From an uncultured Chthoniobacterales bacterium (GTDB lineage: Bacteria > Verrucomicrobiota > Verrucomicrobiia > Chthoniobacterales > CALDSX01), in assembly GCA_937924445.1 (NCBI GenBank), contig CALDSX010000015.1:986-64985 (forward strand): 64,000 nucleotides of DNA, given 5' to 3'. Positions 44,919-54,166 of this stretch are shown piece by piece (the stretch's first letter is position 1; every line of letters starts with the position of its first letter). The notes beneath the pieces are model-generated. The model was not told the origin of the DNA. It did no database searches and was given only the letters and a program-made list of their open reading frames with translations. The position numbers and the translations under genes are program-made.

Positions 44919-46643
44919 TTAACGACGCGGAGGCACAGAAGGCGCGGGCGTTGGCAGCGGCGGGTCGATCTCGAGAAGCAAATCTTTCAAGGCGAACGAT
45001 TCCTGCAAGGAGGAATTGTTCTGAAAATATTGGCCGAGCAAATCCAAGGCATCGCGCTTTCGGCCCTTGCGACGGAAAAATTCCGCTTGTTGGTAATAGG
45101 TTCTAACAAGATCAGCCTGCCGATTGTAAAAAGAACGCGCCTTCGCAAATGATCGCGCTGCTCCGACAACATCTCCGGCGTCGAGCTGAAGACTTCCGAG
45201 ACTTTCGTAGATTGCGCCGCTCTTGGTCCGTTGGGCTTCGGTCGACAAATATTCCTGCCCGGCCGCCTGTCCGCTGTTAAACCACATTTTGTGGCCTTTT
45301 CTGATCAAAACAAATTCCTCTGAACCTTTGGGGGCCTGAGGCTCTTCGAAAGGAGCATTCCACGCCGCAAACGGGCGATAAAGCGGATCACCGATGAAAG
45401 TATTCATCCATGAGAGCGTTCTGGTCGCCGCATAAGCACTCTCGGCAAAGGTCATTCCATAAATCAATCGGTCGGTGAACAAATCCGGCTGCGTGGTAAA
45501 TTGCAAAAACGGCTCATAGACATTGCCAAATGTTGCCGCGGCTCCTCTGTCAAGCAATGCCGCTGTCCAGCTCCCTTTCGAATCCCGCAGTGTGCTGGCA
45601 CTAAATGAAAAAATATGCGCCGCCACGGCACCTTTTGTGAACTGGAACTCCGAACGCAGCACCGGGCCGCAAAGCGAAGCGGAATACCAACCAAAATAGA
45701 TCGCCGCATCATCCATCGGAAACTCGGTCGCAAAAGTTTTCTCTCGCCAATCCCAAACAGCTGGCATGCCTGCGCGCATAAGCTTCTGACGGGCGGAATT
45801 AATCCATTCGTCCCCCTCTCGGTAGCCGTCTTGTTGGATGTCGCGCATGTCAAAATAACCACGTCCCCAGAGACCGGTCTTTTCGACGTCGAGCGAATCA
45901 TAGATCATACGGCGCACCACCGCTTCTGAAGGCCCGTCAAGCCTCGCGACAAGAAGCACAGGTGCATCGCGAAAATCGGTAATGGGTTGGAAGCTGCGGT
46001 AGTAAGGATTCGGAACAAAGCCACTCACTTGTCGGCGTGCAAACCCCAAGGCAGCAAGTTCGGAATCCACCGCAGCCGCGGTTTGTCCCCGAACTGACTC
46101 AGGGACGAGTTCCGGCCGATCCCCCTCCGGCGCGGGGCCGGCCTTTATTTTTAGAGGAACACCTTTGATCACGGCAAGGAAACGTATTTGGCTCGAAACC
46201 ACACGCCCTTCATCAGGTGTTGAAAAATTCATCTGCCAAAGCCCCCGAGCAGTAAGCTCTGTTTGCAGCGGACGCGAAATCTCAAACTCGAATTGTTCTC
46301 TCGTTATTTCTTCCTCGACCGGACAATGTAAGCCAATGACCTGCTCTTTCGGAATTCCCCGACGAGTGGCATAAAAATCAGCCAGCTCAATCGAATTCGG
46401 ATCTCTCTGGTTATAAAGAACCGCGCAAAACTTTGCCAACGAATCTTCGTCAGGCGCTACTCCGAGATTTTGGGCTGCAACAGGAACAACTGCCCCGACC
46501 AAAATCTTCACGGACAAGAGCACCCGCCTAAATTTCGATAACCAGAGTATCATAAGCAAGGCTAACCGCTTTTGGAAGGTTGCGCTCGGTTTCTTCATGG
46601 GGAAGATCATGGCAAATGTGGGTGAGATACGTCCGCCGAGCAC
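44919..46643 (-). CDS. Secreted TIGR03790-like protein with C-terminal TPR-like repeats
   Basis: FCAVLYNQRDPNSIELADFYATRRGIPKEQVIGLHCP resembles the TIGR03790 N-terminal signature. The C-terminus is TPR-like (YESLGSLQLDAGD..ARSFYNRQAD..YYQQAEFF). The maximal ORF overlaps the upstream MBL gene by 116 nt, so the real start is probably internal (M at 46553 or GTG at 46523, both ahead of the signal-like VLLSVKILVGAVVPVAAQ). Confidence 0.6.
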   Translation of the reverse strand: MLGGRISPTFAMIFPMKKPSATFQKRLALLMILWLSKFRRVLLSVKILVGAVVPVAAQNLGVAPDEDSLAKFCAVLYNQRDPNSIELADFYATRRGIPKEQVIGLHCPVEEEITREQFEFEISRPLQTELTARGLWQMNFSTPDEGRVVSSQIRFLAVIKGVPLKIKAGPAPEGDRPELVPESVRGQTAAAVDSELAALGFARRQVSGFVPNPYYRSFQPITDFRDAPVLLVARLDGPSEAVVRRMIYDSLDVEKTGLWGRGYFDMRDIQQDGYREGDEWINSARQKLMRAGMPAVWDWREKTFATEFPMDDAAIYFGWYSASLCGPVLRSEFQFTKGAVAAHIFSFSASTLRDSKGSWTAALLDRGAAATFGNVYEPFLQFTTQPDLFTDRLIYGMTFAESAYAATRTLSWMNTFIGDPLYRPFAAWNAPFEEPQAPKGSEEFVLIRKGHKMWFNSGQAAGQEYLSTEAQRTKSGAIYESLGSLQLDAGDVVGAARSFAKARSFYNRQADLVRTYYQQAEFFRRKGRKRDALDLLGQYFQNNSSLQESFALKDLLLEIDPPLPTPAPSVPPRR

Positions 46644-47310
46644 CTGTCGCCGCAGCGACCTCGATCGCCTGCGAAACGTTCATGTGCGTGGGATGCGGCC
46701 TGTGTCTCAGGCCGTCAAGAACTAATACCTCCACCCCACATGCCCCCTTTAAAGCAGCAGGCGGCATCTCTGCGGCATCAGTAAAATAGCCAAATAACTT
46801 ACGATCATTTTTTGAAAAAACATAGCCCAACGTCACGCATGAGCCGTGCGGTAATTCAAAGGGCTCAATAATCAATCCTGCATACTCAAACGGCCCCGAG
46901 ACCACCAGGGGCTCTGGACGCACATAGCCCGGGACGTTTTTAAAGCCTTTGAATGCGAAATGAAATACTCTTTCAAGATCAGTCATCGTCTGCGCCGAGG
47001 CATAAATCCTGATTGTCCCCGCGGCGTTATCACAGAACCGCCGCAAATCATCGAAACCCATAATGTGATCAGTATGCGAATGCGTGTAAATGACCGCGTC
47101 GAGATGCCCAAGTCCCGCCCTCAGACATTGCGATCGAAAATCCGGACCGGTGTCGACGACAATCGCCTTGCCCCCATGACGCAGCAAAACGGAGGATCGA
47201 AACCGTTTGTCACGCGGGTCCTCCGAAAGGCAGACATCGCAATGGCATCCGATGACAGGCACTCCATGCGAAGTGCCTGTGCCAAGAAATGTGACTTCCA
47301 ATCTCTCCAT
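46528..47310 (-). CDS. MBL-fold metallo-hydrolase (PhnP-like)
   Basis: 260 aa with FLGTGTSHGVPVIGCHCDVC, YTHSHTDHIMG (HxHxDH) and a C-terminal THICHD. Confidence 0.8.
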   Translation of the reverse strand: MERLEVTFLGTGTSHGVPVIGCHCDVCLSEDPRDKRFRSSVLLRHGGKAIVVDTGPDFRSQCLRAGLGHLDAVIYTHSHTDHIMGFDDLRRFCDNAAGTIRIYASAQTMTDLERVFHFAFKGFKNVPGYVRPEPLVVSGPFEYAGLIIEPFELPHGSCVTLGYVFSKNDRKLFGYFTDAAEMPPAALKGACGVEVLVLDGLRHRPHPTHMNVSQAIEVAAATGARRTYLTHICHDLPHEETERNLPKAVSLAYDTLVIEI

Positions 47311-47356
47311 AATTTGAAAAGCTTCACAAATCTCTCATAGTTCGACCTGACCGGCA

Positions 47357-49036
47357 ATGCTTTCATCTCTTCGCATCAGAAATTTAGCGCTCGTTGAGGA
47401 ACTCGAGTGGAACCCTGGCCCTGGCTTCGTCGCCATCACAGGCGAGACCGGCGCGGGAAAATCGATCATTCTCGGGGCACTTAAACTCCTCTTGGGCGAA
47501 CGGGCCGATAAATCGCTTATTCGTTCCGGCGCAGATACCTGCATGGTAGAAGCCGAATTTCGCATCCCTGCAGAACTGCAACTCAATCCTTTGCTTATCG
47601 AGCAGGGGATTGAACCTTGCACCGACGGAGTGTTGATTCTTAAACGCACTATTTCTACCACAGACCCCGGGCGCCAGTTCATCAACAACTGTGCCACCAC
47701 ACTTTCCTCATTAAAATGGGTGGGCGATGCCCTTGTCGACCTTCACGGACCTCACGATCATCAATCTCTTTTCTCCACCGAGCGCCAACTCGAACTCCTC
47801 GACGCCTTTGCAGGGTCCGTTTCCGAACGCAAAACCCACTCAGCAACCTTTAATCGCCTGAAAGAACTGGAATCTGCCCGCAGCGAACTCGGTGGCTCAG
47901 ATGGCGCGATCGAACGCGAAATTGATCTCCTCCGTTATCAGCTTCAGGAAATCCGTTCATTTCCTCTGCCACCCAACAAAGAAGCCCTCCTGCTTGCCGA
48001 TTATCACCGTGCCTCAAACGCTCGACGCCTCGCCGAACTGGCCACAGCCGCAGTAAATGCTCTCGACGAGGGGGACGAATCTCTCCTCATTCGTTTGGCC
48101 TCCGCACGCCGACCTCTTGCCGATCTCGAAAAACTCGATCCCTCCACCGCGTCATTTGCCGAAATCCACCGCTCCGCCACAGTCGAACTGGAAGAACTCG
48201 CCTCACTACTTAGACGCTACGCTGAAAGCATCGACTTCGACCCGGCATCTGTCGAACTCCTCGAGGACCAGGTCAACCTCCTTGAATCTATCAAACGCAA
48301 ATACGGGGGGTCACTCAAAGCCGCACTCGAGTTTGCCAACCGGGCGGAGGAAAAGCTGGCACGTTTAGAAGGTCGAGAAGTCGAGCTCGAACGAATTAAT
48401 AAAGAAATCGCGACTCTCTCCGAGCAGTTGGCCGCCACGTCTACCTCTCTCACCGCCAAGCGCCAAGCAGCGGCCCCAAAACTCGCGAAAGCTGTGATTG
48501 AGCATCTGACTGATCTCGGTTTTAAAAAAACCGGTTTTGAGATTCGGCTCACCCCCTCTACCACACCCAAAGGCAGCGGAGCTGACGAGATAGAATTTCT
48601 TTTCTCCCCGAACCCCGGTGAACCGTTGCGCCCCCTGCGTGCCATCGCCTCCAGCGGCGAAATCTCCCGCGTAATGCTCTCGCTGAAAACCGCCCTCGCC
48701 GGCGAAGACAACATCACCCTGATGGTCTTCGACGAAATTGATGCTAACGTCGGTGGCGAAATCGCCCACGCTGTTGCTTTAAAAATGCGCTACATCGGAC
48801 GCACCCATCAGGTGCTTGTCATCACTCACCTTCCCCAGGTCGCTTCAAAAGCCGACGCTCACTTCAAGGTGAGTAAAGAGGTTTATGGATCAGGCAACTT
48901 CGTGCGCACCCAGTCCCGCCTGGAAGCCGTAACTGGTGAGGAGCGCGTACGCGAATTAGCTCGCATGCTCGGTGGCCAGTCGGCGGCAGCTCTAGATCAC
49001 GCCCGCGAATTGCTCGCCGACTCCTCGCTGCTCTGA
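47357..49036 (+). CDS. recN: DNA repair protein RecN
   Basis: 559 aa with MLSSLRIRNLALVEELEW..FVAITGETGAGKSIILGAL, a coiled-coil, ASSGEISRVMLSLK and MVFDEIDANVGG. Confidence 0.95.
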   Translation: MLSSLRIRNLALVEELEWNPGPGFVAITGETGAGKSIILGALKLLLGERADKSLIRSGADTCMVEAEFRIPAELQLNPLLIEQGIEPCTDGVLILKRTISTTDPGRQFINNCATTLSSLKWVGDALVDLHGPHDHQSLFSTERQLELLDAFAGSVSERKTHSATFNRLKELESARSELGGSDGAIEREIDLLRYQLQEIRSFPLPPNKEALLLADYHRASNARRLAELATAAVNALDEGDESLLIRLASARRPLADLEKLDPSTASFAEIHRSATVELEELASLLRRYAESIDFDPASVELLEDQVNLLESIKRKYGGSLKAALEFANRAEEKLARLEGREVELERINKEIATLSEQLAATSTSLTAKRQAAAPKLAKAVIEHLTDLGFKKTGFEIRLTPSTTPKGSGADEIEFLFSPNPGEPLRPLRAIASSGEISRVMLSLKTALAGEDNITLMVFDEIDANVGGEIAHAVALKMRYIGRTHQVLVITHLPQVASKADAHFKVSKEVYGSGNFVRTQSRLEAVTGEERVRELARMLGGQSAAALDHARELLADSSLL

Positions 49037-49057
49037 CTCTACACTCTGCCTTTTCTT

Positions 49058-50245
49058 ATGATCTCTGCTGGCCAAACTGAAGAAGCTGCACCTCGTCCCG
49101 GCATAAATCTCTCGCCCCAAGCGTCATCCTTCCTTCTCCGCGACACCCCACGAACCCGTCGTTTTCAGGAACTTCTCGCCCCTGAATTATCCACATCCGA
49201 ACGGCTGGAAGCTCTCGCCGCCAAAGCACACCGTCTCACCCTCCAGCATTTCGGGCGTGCCATGCGTTTATTCGCACCACTTTACCTCTCCAACGAGTGC
49301 ATTAATAATTGCAAATACTGCGGATTTTCCCGCGACAACCCGATTCTCCGTGTGACTCTCACCCCAGAAGATGTCGAGGCCGAAGCGCGTCATCTGGTGG
49401 CCGAAGGGTTCCGCCACATCCTCTTGGTGGCGGGCGAACATCCTAAATTTATCTCCAACGGTTATCTTCAAGAGGTTATTGCGCGGCTTCACAGATTCGT
49501 TCCATCTCTCTCACTAGAAGTGGGCCCCATGGAGGAGGAAGAATATCGCCCGCTGGTTTCTGCCGGGGCTGAAGGCCTCGTTGTTTACCAGGAGACCTAC
49601 AACCGCAAGGCCTACTCCGAAATGCATACCGCAGGGCCTAAACGCGACTTCGACTGGCGACTCGCCTGCCCCGAACGCGGTGCTCGCGCCGGGTTTCGGC
49701 GCATCGGTATCGGAACACTCCTGGGGCTTGCTCCCTGGCGGGAAGAGGCGATCGCACTCGCACGTCATACGGATTATCTTTTGCGTCGCGCCTGGCGGGC
49801 GCACCTTACGATTAGTCTTCCCCGCCTCCGGCCCGCGGCCGGTGGTTTCGCTCCGCCAGATCCTGTCGCAGACCGTGATTTTGTTCATTTGGTATGCGCT
49901 CTCCGGATTGCCTTTCCTGAGGTTGGGCTTGTTCTGAGCACACGTGAAAGCCCCCGCCTTCGTGAAATGCTGATTCCGCTTGGTGTCACCATGATGAGTG
50001 CCGGCAGCCACACCGAACCCGGTGGGTATACTGGCGCAGGGCAAGACGATCTGCACCTTACTGTTAAGGGGCGGCGCGTTGAATTCATCGACAAACCACC
50101 CTGCACAACAGCCACCGGGCAATTTGAAATAGCCGATGAGCGTAGCGCTGCCGACATCGCCACCCTGCTTCAATCCAAAGGTTATGATCCAGTCTGGAAA
50201 GACTGGGACCAGGCGCTCGGCAAAGGCTCTGCAAATTGTTTTTAA
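49058..50245 (+). CDS. thiH: 2-iminoacetate synthase ThiH (radical SAM)
   Basis: 395 aa with YLSNECINNCKYCGF (CxxxCxxC) and a BATS-like C-terminus. thiS follows immediately. Confidence 0.88.
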   Translation: MISAGQTEEAAPRPGINLSPQASSFLLRDTPRTRRFQELLAPELSTSERLEALAAKAHRLTLQHFGRAMRLFAPLYLSNECINNCKYCGFSRDNPILRVTLTPEDVEAEARHLVAEGFRHILLVAGEHPKFISNGYLQEVIARLHRFVPSLSLEVGPMEEEEYRPLVSAGAEGLVVYQETYNRKAYSEMHTAGPKRDFDWRLACPERGARAGFRRIGIGTLLGLAPWREEAIALARHTDYLLRRAWRAHLTISLPRLRPAAGGFAPPDPVADRDFVHLVCALRIAFPEVGLVLSTRESPRLREMLIPLGVTMMSAGSHTEPGGYTGAGQDDLHLTVKGRRVEFIDKPPCTTATGQFEIADERSAADIATLLQSKGYDPVWKDWDQALGKGSANCF

Positions 50246-50254
50246 TGGTGTCGC

Positions 50255-50458
50255 ATGACCATTCGAGTGAACAGCGAGGAGCGAACTTTCGAAGACGACC
50301 AGCTATCGGTTGAAACATTACTCGACCGCCTTGGTCTGGCCTACCGCCCGGTCATCATCGAACTCAACGGCCGTGCCCTCGTCCGCAGCGAATGGCCCGA
50401 AACGATCGTCCATGACAAAGATCGCCTCGAAATCGTCCGTCTGGCCGCGGGCGGCTAG
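50255..50458 (+). CDS. thiS: Sulfur carrier protein ThiS
   Basis: 67 aa with a beta-grasp-like sequence ending ...LEIVRLAAGG (C-terminal GG). Confidence 0.85.
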   Translation: MTIRVNSEERTFEDDQLSVETLLDRLGLAYRPVIIELNGRALVRSEWPETIVHDKDRLEIVRLAAGG

Positions 50459-50779
50459 CACCCCTGCACACACCAAAAACTCTTGGCATCTCAAACTCGC
50501 TGTTTTTGTCTCTGCCGCCGAAAACCGCTTCAACACAGGATGAAATGTTTTCAATCTGCACGGGGTAGCTCGCTTTTCTCACCCTTTTCACGAGGAATCT
50601 AAGAATTTTGCCGGCGTGGCAAGACCCCGCAAATAAAGACAAAGGGCTGTGTGGGAACATCCTCCCTGAGAGTCGAGCAAGCGCACCACCACAACAACCG
50701 CTAAAAACCAGGCGCAGAAGAACGGGTGTGAGCAGCAGTATGAGCTATAGGCCTATGAAAAATATTTGTTGTGAGAATG

Positions 50780-51727
50780 TTATGGTTCAATTTGAGGTTG
50801 CACCCCATCCTTAAGGTCTACCGGTGAACTGGAAAAATCGCTCGGCTTTGTGACCCTGAGCTTGACAAGAACATCGTTCGTCACATCAACCGCCGGGCTC
50901 GACCAAAGAGTGTTTGACAGTGGCAAGATGCACAGAAGTTTTTTCTCGCGGGCAACCAAGTTCAACATCGGACGAACTTGTGTTTCGTTAAATTGTTTGA
51001 GCAGCCTCGCGCGAGCCGTGGTCACCTGTTGCGAAAGCGCCTGGTCTATTTGCGCAATGCGTTGCTGTTCTTGCCGCTGAAACTCCGCAAGACGCTCAGT
51101 TTCTTCAACGCTCGGGTTCTCAGGAAAATTTTGTTTTCTCTCGGCTAGTTCCGTGTTGTAGCGCCGCACGAGTTCATTACGCTGAGCAAGAGGATCCTTA
51201 ATCTCTTCTTCGAGCTTTTTATTTACAATCTCCTCCGCTCCGAGCGCCTGGTGAATGAGGTTCACATCAACAAACCCGAATGTAGGCGTTTGGAGCGAAG
51301 TTTTAGCATGCTTATTTACATTGAGAAAAATAATCAATGTCATCAGCGCCCCAAATAAGAACCAGAAAAGCGGAATACCGATTTCGCGAATTAAGCCGCG
51401 CTGGCCCATTGAAAAAAATGCTGGATAAGGCGGTGGATCTCCAGGAGGAAGGGTTCTGGGCTTAAACTCGGGTTGCTTTGACTTTGCAGGGCGTCGGCCC
51501 ATGACACCTGTGCCGCCTTGTTCTTCGTCTAGCTTTTGAACTTCGGAAAGCACATGGAGTTGCTGAGCGTCTGGCTGAATCGCGCCTTTATCTTTTTGCG
51601 TTAAAACAGACTGATCAGGTGGCTCCGGTGCCCGGGCTGGACTATCCCTGTCGACCTCCACGGCACCGCCGCGGTCCGGCGTTTGTTGTTCAATTTTTTC
51701 ATTTGCTGTATCGACATTCGGGCTCAT
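50780..51727 (-). CDS. Membrane-anchored protein with an OmpH/Skp-like coiled C-terminal region (tentative)
   Basis: 315 aa. The N-terminus is disordered and acidic/Pro-rich, followed by one TM helix (IGIPLFWFLFGALMTLIIFL). The Gln/Glu/Arg-rich helical part RQEQQRIAQIDQALSQQVTTARARLLKQF and VDVTNDVLVKL resemble OmpH. Confidence 0.5.
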   Translation of the reverse strand: MSPNVDTANEKIEQQTPDRGGAVEVDRDSPARAPEPPDQSVLTQKDKGAIQPDAQQLHVLSEVQKLDEEQGGTGVMGRRPAKSKQPEFKPRTLPPGDPPPYPAFFSMGQRGLIREIGIPLFWFLFGALMTLIIFLNVNKHAKTSLQTPTFGFVDVNLIHQALGAEEIVNKKLEEEIKDPLAQRNELVRRYNTELAERKQNFPENPSVEETERLAEFQRQEQQRIAQIDQALSQQVTTARARLLKQFNETQVRPMLNLVAREKKLLCILPLSNTLWSSPAVDVTNDVLVKLRVTKPSDFSSSPVDLKDGVQPQIEP

Positions 51728-51739
51728 TCTTTTTGATAA

Positions 51740-52264
51740 TTATTGTGGGCGTTGAATGATGTTCGTATAAGGATTATTTGACGCACCACCACGGAAAATA
51801 GAAAGCGGCGTCGGGTTGACTAATTGCGCTCTTTGCAGGACAAATTCCGGGTAAAAACCATCACTGGCCGGTTCATACAAAAGCCTCCCGCTGAAATATC
51901 CAGTAAGATGGTACTCCGCCCCATCATCTGAGCCGATTTGTCCCGAGGCGCGGTCGGGAGCAAGCATGTTGTTTTCGTTGAGCATCACCAATTTTGCACT
52001 CGCCCAAGGTTCGCCCGACTTGCGAACGTAGCCCCAGAATTTGTATTCATTCTTGTAGTAACGACGTCCCACAAAATATTTCCCCTTGGGCTCTGCGGCG
52101 ATCATCTGTGCCAGAGATTCGGCATATGGATTCCACCCTCCCCCTTGAAAATTTTCCAGAGAGCCCATGTATCTTCCTGATGATGTTCGGGCTGTGGATT
52201 CGCAAGAGACAAATAGAAGAATCAGGAGTAGCAAAAGGCACCCCTGCCAGATAGTCCGGTGCAC
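51740..52264 (-). CDS. Hypothetical lipoprotein
   Basis: 174 aa with a signal peptide and lipobox LLILLFVSC. No family recognised. It lies 12 nt upstream of the OmpH-like gene. Confidence 0.55.
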   Translation of the reverse strand: MHRTIWQGCLLLLLILLFVSCESTARTSSGRYMGSLENFQGGGWNPYAESLAQMIAAEPKGKYFVGRRYYKNEYKFWGYVRKSGEPWASAKLVMLNENNMLAPDRASGQIGSDDGAEYHLTGYFSGRLLYEPASDGFYPEFVLQRAQLVNPTPLSIFRGGASNNPYTNIIQRPQ

Positions 52265-52538
52265 ACGATCATTGAATTCATCTGATCGCCGAAATCAAGG
52301 CCATTTTCCGGCCGTTAACCAGGTGCGATGGGGCCTCTACTGCGCAACACTTACCCACGGCTTGACCTCCGCGCTACTGCGCTGGAGCGAGGTTTGACTA
52401 CTTTGAGCAATTCTCTTGTTTTAGCTGTTCGCCAAAAGATTTTCACGCCGCTTGATCTATCCCGCATTTCACACACTCGTTTTACTGCGGCTGGTTCTTT
52501 CCTGTTGTAGCGGTGTTGGGCTTGCTCGACGCAAGAGT

Positions 52539-52613
52539 TGGCAGCCCTAACGGGATTCGAACCCGTGCACCAGCCTTGAGAGGGCTGTGTCCTAACCACT
52601 AGACGATAGGGCC
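52539..52613 (-). tRNA. tRNA-Glu (anticodon CUC), CCA encoded
   Basis: The minus strand reads GGCCCTATCGTCTAGTGGTTAGGACACAGCCCTCTCAAGGCTGGTGCACGGGTTCGAATCCCGTTAGGGCTGCCA (75 nt). It folds by hand into a cloverleaf: anticodon stem CAGCC/GGCTG, loop CTCTCAA, T-arm ACGGG-TTCGAAT-CCCGT. Confidence 0.9.
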
Positions 52614-52772
52614 TACGAATCCGCCATCTCAGCCTCAGAACGCTGGACGGATCTGGAATTATGCTTATGAAAGGAAAACAAAACTTATGGCATGTCAAGA
52701 AACCTCTGAAAGAACTCACGCAAAAAGCTTGTTTTGACTTGCAGAGATGACATCTCAAACGGATGAACTGAT

Positions 52773-53546
52773 ATGAAGACCGAAGCTCGATGCGCTGAAA
52801 GAAATGAGGTTGTGCGTTGGCTCGATGAAACTCTTGCGATCTCTCAGGGTGGTGATTATCCCGGAGCATGGAACGGCCTGCAAGTGGAGGGAACTCATCG
52901 CGTTTCTCGGATTACTGCCGCAGTAGACGCCTCACCGAGCGTTATCCGAAAAGCGATCAGTCTCAAAGCAGACTTGCTTGTTGTGCACCACGGTCTTTTT
53001 TGGCACGACATTCGCCCATTGACAGGGCAAAGACGCAGGCTCTTTGGAGAAATGTTTTTGGCAGGCTTGTCAGTTTATTCCTCTCATCTTCCTCTCGATC
53101 GGCACCCCGTTCATGGCAACAACATTCTCCTTGCTAAGGAATTGGGTTTGGCAGACGGCACACCTTTTTTCGAAGAGTTTGGAGCTGCAATCGGACTGCG
53201 TTTCGATGTGAAAATAGCTTTGGATCAATTAAAAGAACGCATCGCGCTAGCCACAGGGAGTGCTCCGAAAACGTTTGCGTTTGGCCCGCAAACTACGCGT
53301 TCGATAGGGATTGTTACCGGAGGTGGCGGGAGTGGATTACATCGCGCGGTGGCTGAAGGGGTAGATACTTTTGTCACCGGGGAAGGGCCACATTGGACGT
53401 TTGCCGCCGCCGAAGAAATAGGTATAAATTTGATCTATGCCGGGCATTACGCAACAGAGACGTTCGGCGTGCGCTCACTTGCAGAAGCGCTCGGCGGCCA
53501 CTTTGGCTTGCCCTGGCAATTTATTGATTTGCCAAGCGGTCTTTAA
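52773..53546 (+). CDS. Nif3-like dinuclear metal centre protein (YbgI/GTP cyclohydrolase 1 type 2 homologue family)
   Basis: 257 aa with DYPGAWNGLQVEG, LLVVHHGLFW, SSHLPLDRHP and YAGHYATE. Confidence 0.85.
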   Translation: MKTEARCAERNEVVRWLDETLAISQGGDYPGAWNGLQVEGTHRVSRITAAVDASPSVIRKAISLKADLLVVHHGLFWHDIRPLTGQRRRLFGEMFLAGLSVYSSHLPLDRHPVHGNNILLAKELGLADGTPFFEEFGAAIGLRFDVKIALDQLKERIALATGSAPKTFAFGPQTTRSIGIVTGGGGSGLHRAVAEGVDTFVTGEGPHWTFAAAEEIGINLIYAGHYATETFGVRSLAEALGGHFGLPWQFIDLPSGL

Positions 53547-53551
53547 GGCAA

Positions 53552-54121
53552 ATGAAACGCTTTTTAGAAAGGGAATTTTTTGAAGAACACCCCGTCGACT
53601 GCGCACGTGCGCTCCTTGGGCGCGAATTGGTCTGGGGAAAATGCAGCGGTATAATCGTTGAAACAGAAGCTTATGCGGTAGAGGGAGATCCCGCCTGTCA
53701 TACTTTCAACAGAAAAGGAGCGCGCGACTTTGTTGCAAGCCATTCTGCCGGGGACGTTTACATCTACCTAAACTACGGGGTTTACTGGCTTCTGAACGTC
53801 TTGATTAAAGGCAACGACGAGGGCTTTGTTTTGATTCGTGCGATTGAACCGACTTACGGTCTTGCGCTAATGCGTCAGAGAAGGAAGCGCGAAAAAGTAG
53901 AAGAACTTTGTTCCGGACCCGGCAAAATCTGTATGGCGCTGGATCTCGACGGGCGCTATCATGGGGCGTCTTTATGTGGGTTGAAGAGTCGGGGGATAGG
54001 AATGGAGTTGGTTCGAAGAGGGGAGATTCATTCCGGACCGCGAGTGGGCATTAGTCGAGGAAAAGAGTTGGCGTGGCGATTTTACCTCGCCGGATCGCCG
54101 TTTCTAAGCCCAAGAAAATAG
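53552..54121 (+). CDS. mpg: DNA-3-methyladenine glycosylase (AAG/Mpg family)
   Basis: 189 aa with FFEEHPVDCARALLGRELV, IVETEAYAVEGDPACHTF, YIYLNYGVYWLLNV and GPGKICMAL. Confidence 0.9.
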   Translation: MKRFLEREFFEEHPVDCARALLGRELVWGKCSGIIVETEAYAVEGDPACHTFNRKGARDFVASHSAGDVYIYLNYGVYWLLNVLIKGNDEGFVLIRAIEPTYGLALMRQRRKREKVEELCSGPGKICMALDLDGRYHGASLCGLKSRGIGMELVRRGEIHSGPRVGISRGKELAWRFYLAGSPFLSPRK

Positions 54122-54166
54122 AAAATAATTAGTTGCGACTGCGTCTCATTCATTCTAAATAACACC

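Noticed and set aside
50640-50700. A CCTGAGAG string in the thiS-downstream spacer, which briefly suggested a TPP riboswitch (CUGAGA core)
   Set aside because: It lies downstream of thiH/thiS, not upstream. The flanks lack the other THI-box elements (an ACCTGATCTGGATAATGCCAGCG-like segment), and no thiamine gene follows on either strand.
52351-52869. 172-aa minus-strand ORF spanning the tRNA-Glu gene and the nif3 start
   Set aside because: It overlaps a well-folding tRNA and the 5' end of a confident plus-strand gene, and its translation is featureless.
54122-54166. Possible Fur box upstream of feoA (AAAATAATTAGTTGCGACTGCGTCTCATTCATT)
   Set aside because: It is AT-rich, but I cannot align a convincing 19-bp GATAATGATAATCATTATC-like palindrome. 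It would need a PWM scan with the lineage's own Fur motif.
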